Of a stretch of 64,000 nucleotides of DNA, positions 53,915 to 64,000 are shown one piece after another; within the stretch, counting starts at the first letter, position 1, and each line of letters opens with the position of its first letter. Origin of the DNA: Octopus bimaculoides (Eukaryota). Both the position numbers and the translations under genes were made by a program. The DNA is taken from NCBI RefSeq assembly GCF_001194135.2, contig NC_068985.1, positions 55,212,449 to 55,276,448 on the forward strand, written 5' to 3'. The notes beneath the pieces were generated by a model. The model had not been told where the DNA came from and did not search any database. It saw nothing but the letters and a program-made list of their open reading frames with translations.

Positions 53915-54234
53915 TAAGACTTAGTTGTGATCTGAACATAACCGCTTCTGACACAGAGAATCGGGAGCCCTCTTGGGCATTCTATTTTTCTTGCTGGAAG
54001 TGTTCCCAATCCATGGGCAAAGAGGGGTTAGATGATGGGGGTGGGGCTTTCAAAGGGCTGGGATGTGTAACCTGATCACCTCTGCCGATCAAACTCCCAA
54101 CCCATGCACTCCCGTCGCGACACTGATTCTGTCCAAATTTGATGTCGATGTTACTTAGTTTGGTTTGAAATAAAGAACTTGATTAGCTTAATAATTCTAA
54201 CTTAATCCCGGGCAAATACGGGATATACTGCTAG
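53915..54234 (+). mobile_element. Non-autonomous Helitron-like element (5' end uncertain)
   Basis: 3' hairpin ATCCCG-ggcaaata-CGGGAT at 54205-54224, followed by CTAG at 54231-54234 and then T: the canonical Helitron 3' terminus. Confidence 0.6.
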
Positions 54235-54266
54235 TATATATATATATATATATACATACATATATA

Positions 54267-54343
54267 AGTCTCCGTGACTTTCATTACCTGATCTAACAAC
54301 TTGATACCTCTGTAATTATTTGAATCTAAAGCATCACCTTTAC
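54267..54343 (-). mobile_element. Small RTE RT fragment
   Basis: GKGDALDSNNYRGIKLLDQVMKVTE, the N-terminal RT motif of RTE elements. Confidence 0.75.
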
Positions 54344-54368
54344 CATACATATATATACATATATGTAT

Positions 54369-54417
<49 letters not shown>

Positions 54418-54424
<7 letters not shown>

Positions 54425-55060
54425 GATCTAGCATGCATGAAGTGGATTCGATCCACTATAGCCAAATTTAAATCAACACTGCAACAGAACTTTTCCCACG
54501 GTGGAACAATAGTTTTTCTCTGACAGCAGTTTAATATTTTCCAGATGCCTTTAGCACTGCCGAAATAATGGCTTCACTACTTGACCCTTTCTAACCTCTC
54601 CTACATTACCAAAAGCTAGAATAGAGATAACAAGACCACCAACTAAATATATTATTCTGGATTGTTATAAAAGCAAAGCAACCCCAAGAAAAATTTAGTT
54701 TAGTCACCAGTCGGTGACGACTCAGTGAGAACGAAGTTTGGCTGACCAGCTAGAACCTTGGCCAGAGAGAAAGAAGGTTACAACCAGCCAACTATGAGAC
54801 ACAACATCCCACACTCTACAACTTTCACTAGCTCATTTTATTTTCTCTGTAACATTACCCTGTCTCTTTCTGTTTACTACAAGATCGTGTACACACATAC
54901 AGGCCGAAATTAACTTTCTTTACTTTGCATGCTTTACGAACTGTGTTATACTATTACACTAACCTACCCGTCGTGGTATGGCATTTATTAAAGTAACGGT
55001 AAATAAATATTTCTTTACAACTTCAATCACTGTTCATCGTACATCTTACAACCGTTAACA
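54418..55060 (+). mobile_element. Solo-LTR-like repeat, copy 2, inserted in (TA)n
   Basis: Shares many blocks with 47517-48210, e.g. accaaaagctagaa, agatcgtgtacaca, ggccgaaattaact and ctttacaacttcaatcactgttc. Confidence 0.55.
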
Positions 55061-58000
55061 TATATATATATACATACGTATATATAATACATATATATAC
55101 ACATACATACATATATATAATACATATATATACACATACATACATATATATAATACATATATATACACATACATACATATATATAATACATATATATACA
55201 CATACATACANNNNNNNNNNNNNNNNNNNNNNNNNNNNNNNNNNNNNNNNNNNNNNNNNNNNNNNNNNNNNNNNNNNNNNNNNNNNNNNNNNNNNNNNNN
55301 NNNNNNNNNNNNNNNNNNNNNNNNNNNNNNNNNNNNNNNNNNNNNNNNNNNNNNNNNNNNNNNNNNNNNNNNNNNNNNNNNNNNNNNNNNNNNNNNNNNN
55401 NNNNNNNNNNNNNNNNNNNNNNNNNNNNNNNNNNNNNNNNNNNNNNNNNNNNNNNNNNNNNNNNNNNNNNNNNNNNNNNNNNNNNNNNNNNNNNNNNNNN
55501 NNNNNNNNNNNNNNNNNNNNNNNNNNNNNNNNNNNNNNNNNNNNNNNNNNNNNNNNNNNNNNNNNNNNNNNNNNNNNNNNNNNNNNNNNNNNNNNNNNNN
55601 NNNNNNNNNNNNNNNNNNNNNNNNNNNNNNNNNNNNNNNNNNNNNNNNNNNNNNNNNNNNNNNNNNNNNNNNNNNNNNNNNNNNNNNNNNNNNNNNNNNN
55701 NNNNNNNNNNNNNNNNNNNNNNNNNNNNNNNNNNNNNNNNNNNNNNNNNNNNNNNNNNNNNNNNNNNNNNNNNNNNNNNNNNNNNNNNNNNNNNNNNNNN
55801 NNNNNNNNNNNNNNNNNNNNNNNNNNNNNNNNNNNNNNNNNNNNNNNNNNNNNNNNNNNNNNNNNNNNNNNNNNNNNNNNNNNNNNNNNNNNNNNNNNNN
55901 NNNNNNNNNNNNNNNNNNNNNNNNNNNNNNNNNNNNNNNNNNNNNNNNNNNNNNNNNNNNNNNNNNNNNNNNNNNNNNNNNNNNNNNNNNNNNNNNNNNN
56001 NNNNNNNNNNNNNNNNNNNNNNNNNNNNNNNNNNNNNNNNNNNNNNNNNNATTTATATATATACAAATATATACACATATATACATTTATATATATACAA
56101 ATATATACACATAAATACACATATATATATATACACACACATATATACACATATATATATCCATATATATGCATATATATGTATACATATATATGTAGAT
56201 ATATATATATGCATCATCGTTTAACGTCCGCTTTCCATGCTAGCATGGGTTGGACGATTTGACTGAGGACTGGTGAAACCAGATGGCTACACCAGGCTCC
56301 AATCTGATTTGGCAGAGTTTCTACAGCTGGATGCCCTTCCTAAAGCCAACCACTCTGAGAGTGTAGTGGGTGCTTTTACGTGCCACCCGCACTTCTGGCT
56401 ATATATATATATATACAATTATATATATATATATATACATAGGTTCAAAAAAGGAAAAAGACAAAAAACAACAACGTGAGGACGTGATATAGATTGTGTC
56501 ACTAGATGCTCGGGAAAGGAAAGAAAGAGAATTTGACGTTTCGAACGGAGCTCTTCGTTGGAAACAAAGAAAGTCCAAAGAAGGGAAAAATGGAGGTCGG
56601 AAAAATTGCCACCGATATCCACGAGGTTACATTGTGGAAGGACATATATACACATATATATACATGCATGTACATACATATATATACATGCATGTACATA
56701 CACATATATATATACATACATATATATACATGTATATACATACATATATATACATGTATATATATACATATATCATCATCGTTTAACGTCCGCTTTCCAT
56801 GCTAGCATGGTTTGGACGATTTGACTGAGGACTGGTGAAACTCGATGGCAACACCAGGCTCCAATCTAATTTGGCAGACGTTAAACGATGATGATATATG
56901 TATATATATATATGTATATATATACATGTATATATATATATATATGTATGTATATACATGTACACCGGAGTAAGCACATGAAATGTGCAACAAGGTGGAA
57001 AAAAGAGTACTCAAATACCAGAGGTAGAGTAATATGCTTTATTTAAAAGCAGCATGTATATATATGTGTATATATATATATGTATATATATACATATATA
57101 TATCTATATCTGTATATATATACATTTATATATATATCTGTATATATATACATTTATATATATATCTGTATATATATACCTGTATATATATACATTTATA
57201 TATATATCTGTATATATATATACATTTATATATATATCTGTATATATATACANNNNNNNNNNNNNNNNNNNNNNNNNNNNNNNNNNNNNNNNNNNNNNNN
57301 NNNNNNNNNNNNNNNNNNNNNNNNNNNNNNNNNNNNNNNNNNNNNNNNNNNNNNNNNNNNNNNNNNNNNNNNNNNNNNNNNNNNNNNNNNNNNNNNNNNN
57401 NNNNNNNNNNNNNNNNNNNNNNNNNNNNNNNNNNNNNNNNNNNNNNNNNNNNNNNNNNNNNNNNNNNNNNNNNNNNNNNNNNNNNNNNNNNNNNNNNNNN
57501 NNNNNNNNNNNNNNNNNNNNNNNNNNNNNNNNNNNNNNNNNNNNNNNNNNNNNNNNNNNNNNNNNNNNNNNNNNNNNNNNNNNNNNNNNNNNNNNNNNNN
57601 NNNNNNNNNNNNNNNNNNNNNNNNNNNNNNNNNNNNNNNNNNNNNNNNNNNNNNNNNNNNNNNNNNNNNNNNNNNNNNNNNNNNNNNNNNNNNNNNNNNN
57701 NNNNNNNNNNNNNNNNNNNNNNNNNNNNNNNNNNNNNNNNNNNNNNNNNNNNNNNNNNNNNNNNNNNNNNNNNNNNNNNNNNNNNNNNNNNNNNNNNNNN
57801 NNNNNNNNNNNNNNNNNNNNNNNNNNNNNNNNNNNNNNNNNNNNNNNNNNNNNNNNNNNNNNNNNNNNNNNNNNNNNNNNNNNNNNNNNNNNNNNNNNNN
57901 NNNNNNNNNNNNNNNNNNNNNNNNNNNNNNNNNNNNNNNNNNNNNNNNNNNNNNNNNNNNNNNNNNNNNNNNNNNNNNNNNNNNNNNNNNNNNNNNNNNN

Positions 58001-58228
58001 NNNNNNNNNNNNNNNNNNNNNNNNNNNNNNNNNNNNNNNNNNNNNNNNNNNNNNNNNNNNNNNNNNNNNNNNNNNNNNNNNNNNNNNNNNNNNNNNNNNN
58101 NNNNNNNNNNNNNNNNNNNNNNNNNNNNNNNNNNNNNNNNNNNNNNNNNNNNNNNNNNNNNNNNNNNNNNNNNNNNNNATATACATACATATATATATAC
58201 ATACATATATATATACATACATATATAT

Positions 58229-58307
<79 letters not shown>

Positions 58308-58850
58308 CATATAAGTATACATCTAATGTTAATCACTTTACATGTTGTGTTGGATGAGTTTCCTATTGCTGCAACATCGTATAGGTGGGTGTACCATGAG
58401 GAAGACTGAAGAACACACTCAAACGCTGCATTGTAAAGGTTGACATTTGTTGGAAAACACTTAATTATGTGTGTTTGTATGTGTACCATCATCAACATTT
58501 AACGTCTGTTGTCCATGCTGGCATGGGTTGGAGGGTCTGATTGTGCTGTTACGCTGGAAGGCTGCACCAGACTCCAGTTTGATGTGACATGGTTTTCTAC
58601 GGCTGGATGCACTTTCTACGCCAACCACTCCAAGGATGTAATAGGTGCGTTTACGTGCCGTTATGCAGGACACCGATACCTGCCACGACTGCGATTTTGC
58701 TCGGCCTGATGGGTCTTTTAAAGCACAACATAATGCCAAAGGTCTTATTGCCTCCGTGAGGCCCAATACTCAAAAGGAAATATCCCCACGCACATTATAT
58801 ATATAAAGGTTGCATACAGCTATCGCTCACATGTTTGTGTGTGTGTGTAC

Positions 58851-58882
<32 letters not shown>

Positions 58883-59137
58883 GTACACACACACACACAC
58901 ACACAGGTATGTCTTATGTGAGCTATAGCTGTATGCAACCTATTGACAAATATGTATATATATTTCTTATCATTCAGGTAAGGCCAGGTGCTCTTGTGTG
59001 TGTATACACACAATCTATGTATACACATAAATGCAATCAATGTAGTTATATACATATAAATGCATCCTATATTTTTGAATACATATAAATGAATCCTATT
59101 CATAATGACATTAAACCAACACCTCTCTCTTTCTGTG

Positions 59138-59169
<32 letters not shown>

Positions 59170-59276
59170 GATATATATGTATACACACACACACATATAT
59201 ATGTGTGTGTGTGTATACATATATATCCACGCACACATATATACAAACACGCGTACATATATACATACACACACAC

Positions 59277-59352
<76 letters not shown>

Positions 59353-59867
59353 GCATGGCGTACGTGCTGATACATACAAAGAAACATTAAGAGTCCCCCC
59401 CCCCTGAAATATCCTATCGAGAAATATAAATGATATATAAAACGATGGAGACCCTTTCTATTCATTTATATTATAATAATTTAAGTAAACAGGAATAAAC
59501 ACCAAGATAGACAAAGATATACACGTGTATGTATGTTGTATTGTGATAAACAATACTGGTATATAGAGGAAAATGTGAAGCAGCCAGAATTAATTGTTTG
59601 CTCACTTTCAATTTAGACATTTTTCATTTTTTTTCTGTTGGCGGAGATTTTTTTTCCAACGTTAACATTTTCCAATTTGAGAAGAGAAATATTTTGGAGT
59701 AAAACCGAAAATTAAAAGTATGAAAAGAAATATAAAGAAACGAAGTGTAATGTAGAGAGAAGAGGTGATAGTAAAGAGCAGGATATTAATAAATAATACT
59801 GTGTAAAAGAGGTATGGTTTGGTGTTGAGTGTGGAGAGAGAAGAAGACGAATGTGTGTTAAATTAGG

Positions 59868-60531
59868 CAAACATGGCGGACTGGAGAGAAATATTAACTG
59901 CGTTGATATTGGATTATAGAATTGATGGAAGATATTGATGGAAGAAATGGTTTGAATATATATCAAAGTAGCATGCATAACTCCATAACAGGAAACAGGA
60001 GTCTGCTCAGTATTTACGTCTGAAACTTCCGGCTTTGGCACCATGCTTTCCTCTTTCTCCACTGTCCCTTCTTCCAATCACTGACACAACAACAACCTTG
60101 TCTTTCTTCTTCCTTCTTACAGACACCGTGTGTGTCACACTCTCGCTCTCTTCTCCTACATTTTTACTCGTAATAAACGTTCATACGTACCCTTATAACA
60201 ACATAAATCAGAGAGGAAGCGATCCGGATAAACAAAGACTGCGACCAGATTCGATTAATTTCAATACAACTTGCTGAAGTCAACAGAAAAAAAAAGATCA
60301 CCGGAAATTTTCTCCAACGGAAATGGCTTCCAGGTGAAATAACTGCTCGAGTCTTCTGGCCACGTGACATCCCGTTCTTTGTTGGCGGAACTAGACGGAA
60401 TCACACGGAGCTTGGCGAACATTACCGAGATTCTTCAACACAATCACCTTGTCTACTGTGTGTGTCCTTCCACCAACATCAGTTCTATACACACACACAC
60501 ACTTATATATATTTATATACATACGGTAAGC
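59868..60531. promoter_or_regulatory. Candidate bidirectional promoter with ETS, YY1 and E-box motifs
   Basis: CpG-rich. CCGGAAGT (- strand, 60025-60032), ACCGGAAAT 60300, CGGAAATG 60318, GCGGAACT 60385, CACGTG 60361 and YY1-like CAAACATGGCGGAC 59868. Outward-facing donors: - strand GG|GTACGT at 60191 and + strand CG|GTAAGC at 60525. Confidence 0.55.
60191..60300 (-). other. GABPA: Putative non-coding first exon of GABPA (5' boundary unknown)
   Basis: Minus-strand donor AAGG|GTACGT at 60191. Coding exon 1 has only 2 nt of UTR after its acceptor, so an upstream exon is required. The link across about 26 kb is inferred. Confidence 0.4.
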
Positions 60532-61730
60532 CGTCTTAATATCTATTAAATGTACATTTTTAATGTTTATTTTTTGTCTCATAATTTATCTATATATTCC
60601 ATTTGCAGTTTTAATTATAATTTTTCTCTTATTCAAAGATTTCCATTGCAGCATTCTTCTAGATTTCTTTTAATATATAATTCTACTTAATAATTAACTA
60701 CTCCTCCTCGCTATGTATTTAACTGTTCTTTGTTATATATTTATATTTGTATATATATTTTTAATTTACTAACTTAATCATATTGAAACAAACTATGAAA
60801 GTCATATTTAAGACACAAGGTTAAGTTAGACATACAAGTTACCATCTACCACAACTATCAATGACCTTCCACTTATATTCAACTTTATTAAATGACATTA
60901 TTAAAAATAAATAAGAGTAACGTTCGGGTTTCAAATCACGCCGATGTCGTCTTTCGCCTTGTTTCAATAACACAACTAAATCTCAAAAGAGTGGAGGTTG
61001 AATCAGTTACCTCTATATTTAACCCTCCAAATCAATAATAATAATAAACGACAAGTATTACTGTCATCAAATTCACTTAAGCCACATATTAATGTTATTA
61101 TTAACATGTATATGAAAATAGATAACACATGTATTTAATCGGTAGTTTGATGAATGGCATGCACGTACACATATGTAGTCAGACACATGCAACACACGTT
61201 CTGTTTAATTAGGACTGTGGTTGTCCTTTAATTCCCAGGCCTCTCCTAATCGTGCAGATGTATAGTCCGAGGTATTCTAAACGTGGCCATATGATCTATA
61301 TAGAACTATATTCTCTAATGTGTCCTTCCCTCTTTTTTTAAGGCGGTAGAGGCTATTTCTAGTAGGTTAAATAACTATGTCGAAGCTTCTTCGTTTTTGC
61401 TCGTAAACCGAATGGTTATTTATGTCTGTTACTTTATCAGACTTTTCAATAACGTTGTATCTTCTGACGGACTGAATTTTTTATACAAAAGGGAAACATC
61501 AGAACTTTGGAATAAATACGAAGGAAGTCTTTCCGATAGGTTCATTATATACTTAGAGTACATTAAGACAGAATAGAGGTTGAAGGTTTCACGTCCTTGA
61601 AAATAAGGAGACCTGTTAAAGACTCGAGCTCTTGGGTTAAATTTTATAGTGCATCGGTTGAAGATCATTAAAAAACACAACGGTGGCGTATAACATCACA
61701 AGAATCACAATAAACATCGATATCAAAAAA

Positions 61731-61868
61731 ATGTTCATGGTTTCAGTTCATGCTGAAATACCCTACCGCGCAACACGTAACCTTGTTATCAGACACTTCG
61801 AACAGTACGAAAGTAAAAATCGAAGATCCATCGAATACGACCCCTTTTACCGAAATCTGGCGACTAGG
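61731..61868 (+). CDS. Unidentified + strand gene, candidate first coding exon
   Basis: AAAAAATG at 61731 opens MFMVSVHAEIPYRATRNLVIRHFEQYESKNRRSIEYDPFYRNLATR, ending AGG|gtatat in phase 0. Confidence 0.3.
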
Positions 61869-61996
61869 GTATATTTTTATAGACAGAAAGGACACCGAAA
61901 AGGTTAAACATTCTTGTACTGTTAGTTTTCGTTGCCTTTCAGTTTTACTTTGGGTACGTTTTCTTTTTCACCAAAGTAATTCCGCTTTTTTTACAG

Positions 61997-62058
61997 TTTC
62001 ATTCAGCTCGATACCCACCCTATAGCCAGAAGTTTAGTGGAGATAAGGAATTTACAAA
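61997..62058 (+). CDS. Unidentified + strand gene, candidate exon
   Basis: ttttttacag|TTT CAT...ACA AA|gtagct. FHSARYPPYSQKFSGDKEFT; the donor is weak but the phase fits both neighbours. Confidence 0.3.
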
Positions 62059-62168
62059 GTAGCTAAGAAATGAACCAATTATCGCTGGTTTCAATTGTGT
62101 ACACTTCAGTATTCAAAAAGTTATAGTTGCACAATGGTCGTGGTTATTTATTACCAGCTCTCACACAG

Positions 62169-62263
62169 GGAAAAATTTGTATTGAGGATTTTGTCCAAGG
62201 ACAGTATTCAAGAGCTACAGATAAAGTCTGCTATAAGGCTCAACAAAGAATTACAAGATTTAA
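62169..62263 (+). CDS. Unidentified + strand gene, candidate exon
   Basis: ctcacacag|G GAA...TTA A|gtatat. EKFVLRILSKDSIQELQIKSAIRLNKELQDL. Confidence 0.45.
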
Positions 62264-62330
62264 GTATATAACATTCGGAAAATTATAGTTAGAATATTTG
62301 CAAATTCTTTGTTCTTTTTGTGGTGCACAG

Positions 62331-62388
62331 ATGCTGACCCATCCCTGAAGCTGTTTGAAGAAATGGTCAAACATGGGCTGGAAATAAT
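62331..62388 (+). CDS. Unidentified + strand gene, candidate exon
   Basis: Strong acceptor ttctttgttctttttgtggtgcacag|AT GCT...ATA AT|gtaaat. ADPSLKLFEEMVKHGLEI, after a 67-nt intron. Confidence 0.5.
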
Positions 62389-62818
62389 GTAAATTGTAAA
62401 TATAAAAAGAAAAAGACGGCTTAAGTTACTCGAGCGACTGACCACAGAAAATACGTATGTGGCTCTTACGTAAGTCGGATGTCAAGCGAAAGAAACGAGA
62501 AGCAGAGAAAGTTAAAAAATGAAATTGTTAGTTATCAAGCGAAAAACGAACTTTATATAGGCCTTCCAAATTATGAAAGTGGATGTTATGAAAGACAGAA
62601 TCTTATAAAAAGCTAACTAAAATAAACAAAAACAATATAAGGGAAAGCCTATATTTCATTTATTGTTTATATTTTGTTTGTACTGATTTTTTAAAACCTT
62701 ATTACAAGCGAGATATGCAATAATGGTAAATTTAGACAGGAAAATCTCCCGTATATTTATTAATATTTGTAATTTGGAGCTAAGATCATCCCGTTTTTAC
62801 TTCTGGTTATTTTTTTAG

Positions 62819-62942
62819 AACACCTTGTCTTCAAATTTATCACAGTGAAACTTGGATATGTAAAAATATTCCCTTCAAGTATTTTTTTAATCAGAACATT
62901 GAAAATGTTGAATTGGCAGTCAGGGCATCAGACAGTATTTAG
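62819..62942 (+). CDS. Unidentified + strand gene, candidate exon (3' boundary uncertain)
   Basis: ttctggttatttttttag|A ACA CCT. TPCLQIYHSETWICKNIPFKYFFNQNIENVELAVRASDSI*, open to TAG at 62940-62942; an internal donor is possible. Confidence 0.4.
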
Positions 62943-64000
62943 TACATCCCTTTGCTTTCTCAGTTCGAATCTTATGGAGGTCAGTTTTGTCTTTCATCCT
63001 TCTGGAACTGATAAAATAAAATATCCATCAAATTTTGGCACAGAGCCCGCAGTTTTTGAGGTGGGTGGGGAGTCAATTACATTGACACCTACACTTGACT
63101 GGTACTTCTCTTAACCCTGAAAGTATGAAAGGCAAAGTTGCCCTCAGCAGAATTTGAACTCAGAATGTAAAGACAAATGGAATGCCACTAAGCATTTTGC
63201 CTTAAATACCCATCAAATAACGGAAAGTGATTTATATTCCAGTTATACATCCTAGATGTGACTAGAATTACTATAGTCAAGTGCTCTACTGTATTTCATT
63301 TTGAATCTCCCTGTTCTCAGTTCAAATCTAAGCAGGTGTGGGGGCCAACTTTAGATTTTCATAATTTGGTGGCCAACAGTATGAGTAGACCCAGTCTACT
63401 ATCATTTCTCATCATTTAATGTCTATATTCCATGCTAGCATGGGTTGGATGGTTTATCAGGATCTGACTCGTTCAAGAACTGCACCATACTCTGTTGTCT
63501 ACTTTGATACATTTTGTGTGGTTAAAAGCCCTTCTTAATGTATACAGTGTATACTGGGTGCTTTTTTCATGACACCTACATTAGTGGGGTCACCATGCAG
63601 CTTGCAAGACTACAAACCCAGAGAGGGATGGCTTTATGCTAGGAGATGAGAAGTTAAAGTTTGAGAGAAGGGCTAGAGCAGAACAAGTTTCTTACTATAA
63701 AGGGGCTACATGGTTATTCGTGTATATGTGTGTGTCACATCACATGATGGTTGTGAGTGTCACTGTCATACAAGCACTCTCATTCATTTTCATTACTTTA
63801 CAAAATTATTGCCTTGCTTGGAAACAGTTGAGTGTTGATGACTGGAAGGTCATCTGTAGAAAATCTTCATCAATAAACTCCAGCCTATGCAAGCATAGAA
63901 AAGTGGACATGAAAACGATGATATAATGTGTCATCTGCTTTGAAACCATCATGTGGCCCTTGGGTAACTTTAACAGAATCCACTTTACTGCAAGTATTTG

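Larger units (their letters stand above)
4791..58178. other. Assembly gaps (N runs)
   Basis: 4791-5580, 6043-6494, 8654-9035, 11746-12009, 19899-19908, 27984-27993, 35444-35543, 43717-43771, 52518-53254, 55211-56050 and 57253-58178; most are flanked by (TA)n-type repeats. Confidence 0.99.

Noticed and set aside
47517-55060. The two solo-LTR-like repeats as 5' and 3' LTRs of one full-length element
   Set aside because: No PBS after copy 1, no gag-pol remnants recognised between them, and copy 1 has its own near-TSD.
4648-59465. Long ORF-track entries rich in X, YI, HT or CV
   Set aside because: They run through N gaps and dinucleotide microsatellites and are not proteins.
59712-60077. 121-aa minus-strand ORF as a GABPA N-terminal exon
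   Set aside because: No similarity to GABPA family N-termini, and it runs into low-complexity intron-like sequence.
61750-61905. PFTEIWRLGYIFIDRK in an alternative frame resembles acyltransferase (AGPAT/PlsC) motif FIDR
   Set aside because: No upstream NHxxxxD or downstream FPEGTR motif, and this frame does not splice through the downstream exons; probably chance.
62240-62370. NKEL...DP..KLF resembles ATP5PF (coupling factor 6), the mammalian GABPA neighbour
   Set aside because: The spacing differs, there is no transit peptide, and the rest of the peptide does not match.

Overview
AT-rich, microsatellite-dense and N-gapped eukaryotic DNA. The repeat content points to an octopus genome (inference). 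Two host genes lie tail to tail. The last four coding exons of a CCDC191 homologue are on + (3426-9968). A complete nine-coding-exon GABPA/Ets97D-type ETS factor is on - (34192-22038, 465 aa, with the N-terminal OST/ubiquitin-like, PNT and ETS domains). A CpG- and ETS-motif-rich segment near 59.9-60.5 kb looks like a head-to-head promoter for GABPA and an unidentified + strand gene, whose candidate exons are in phase from 61.7 to 62.9 kb. The rest is mobile DNA: RTE and CR1-type LINE fragments, mariner/Tc1/pogo remnants, hAT and piggyBac-type MITEs, a Helitron 3' end and tRNA-derived SINEs. The most notable element is a young, non-coding, three-LTR miniature retrotransposon (TRIM-like, 48420-49322) with a perfect tRNA-Trp primer-binding site, lying next to older solo-LTR-like repeats with the same TGTAGTG start. 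Also present are a near-complete hammerhead ribozyme motif, an expanded palindromic array in an RTE 3' UTR and several near-perfect hairpins. Most long entries in the ORF track are artefacts of N gaps or microsatellites.
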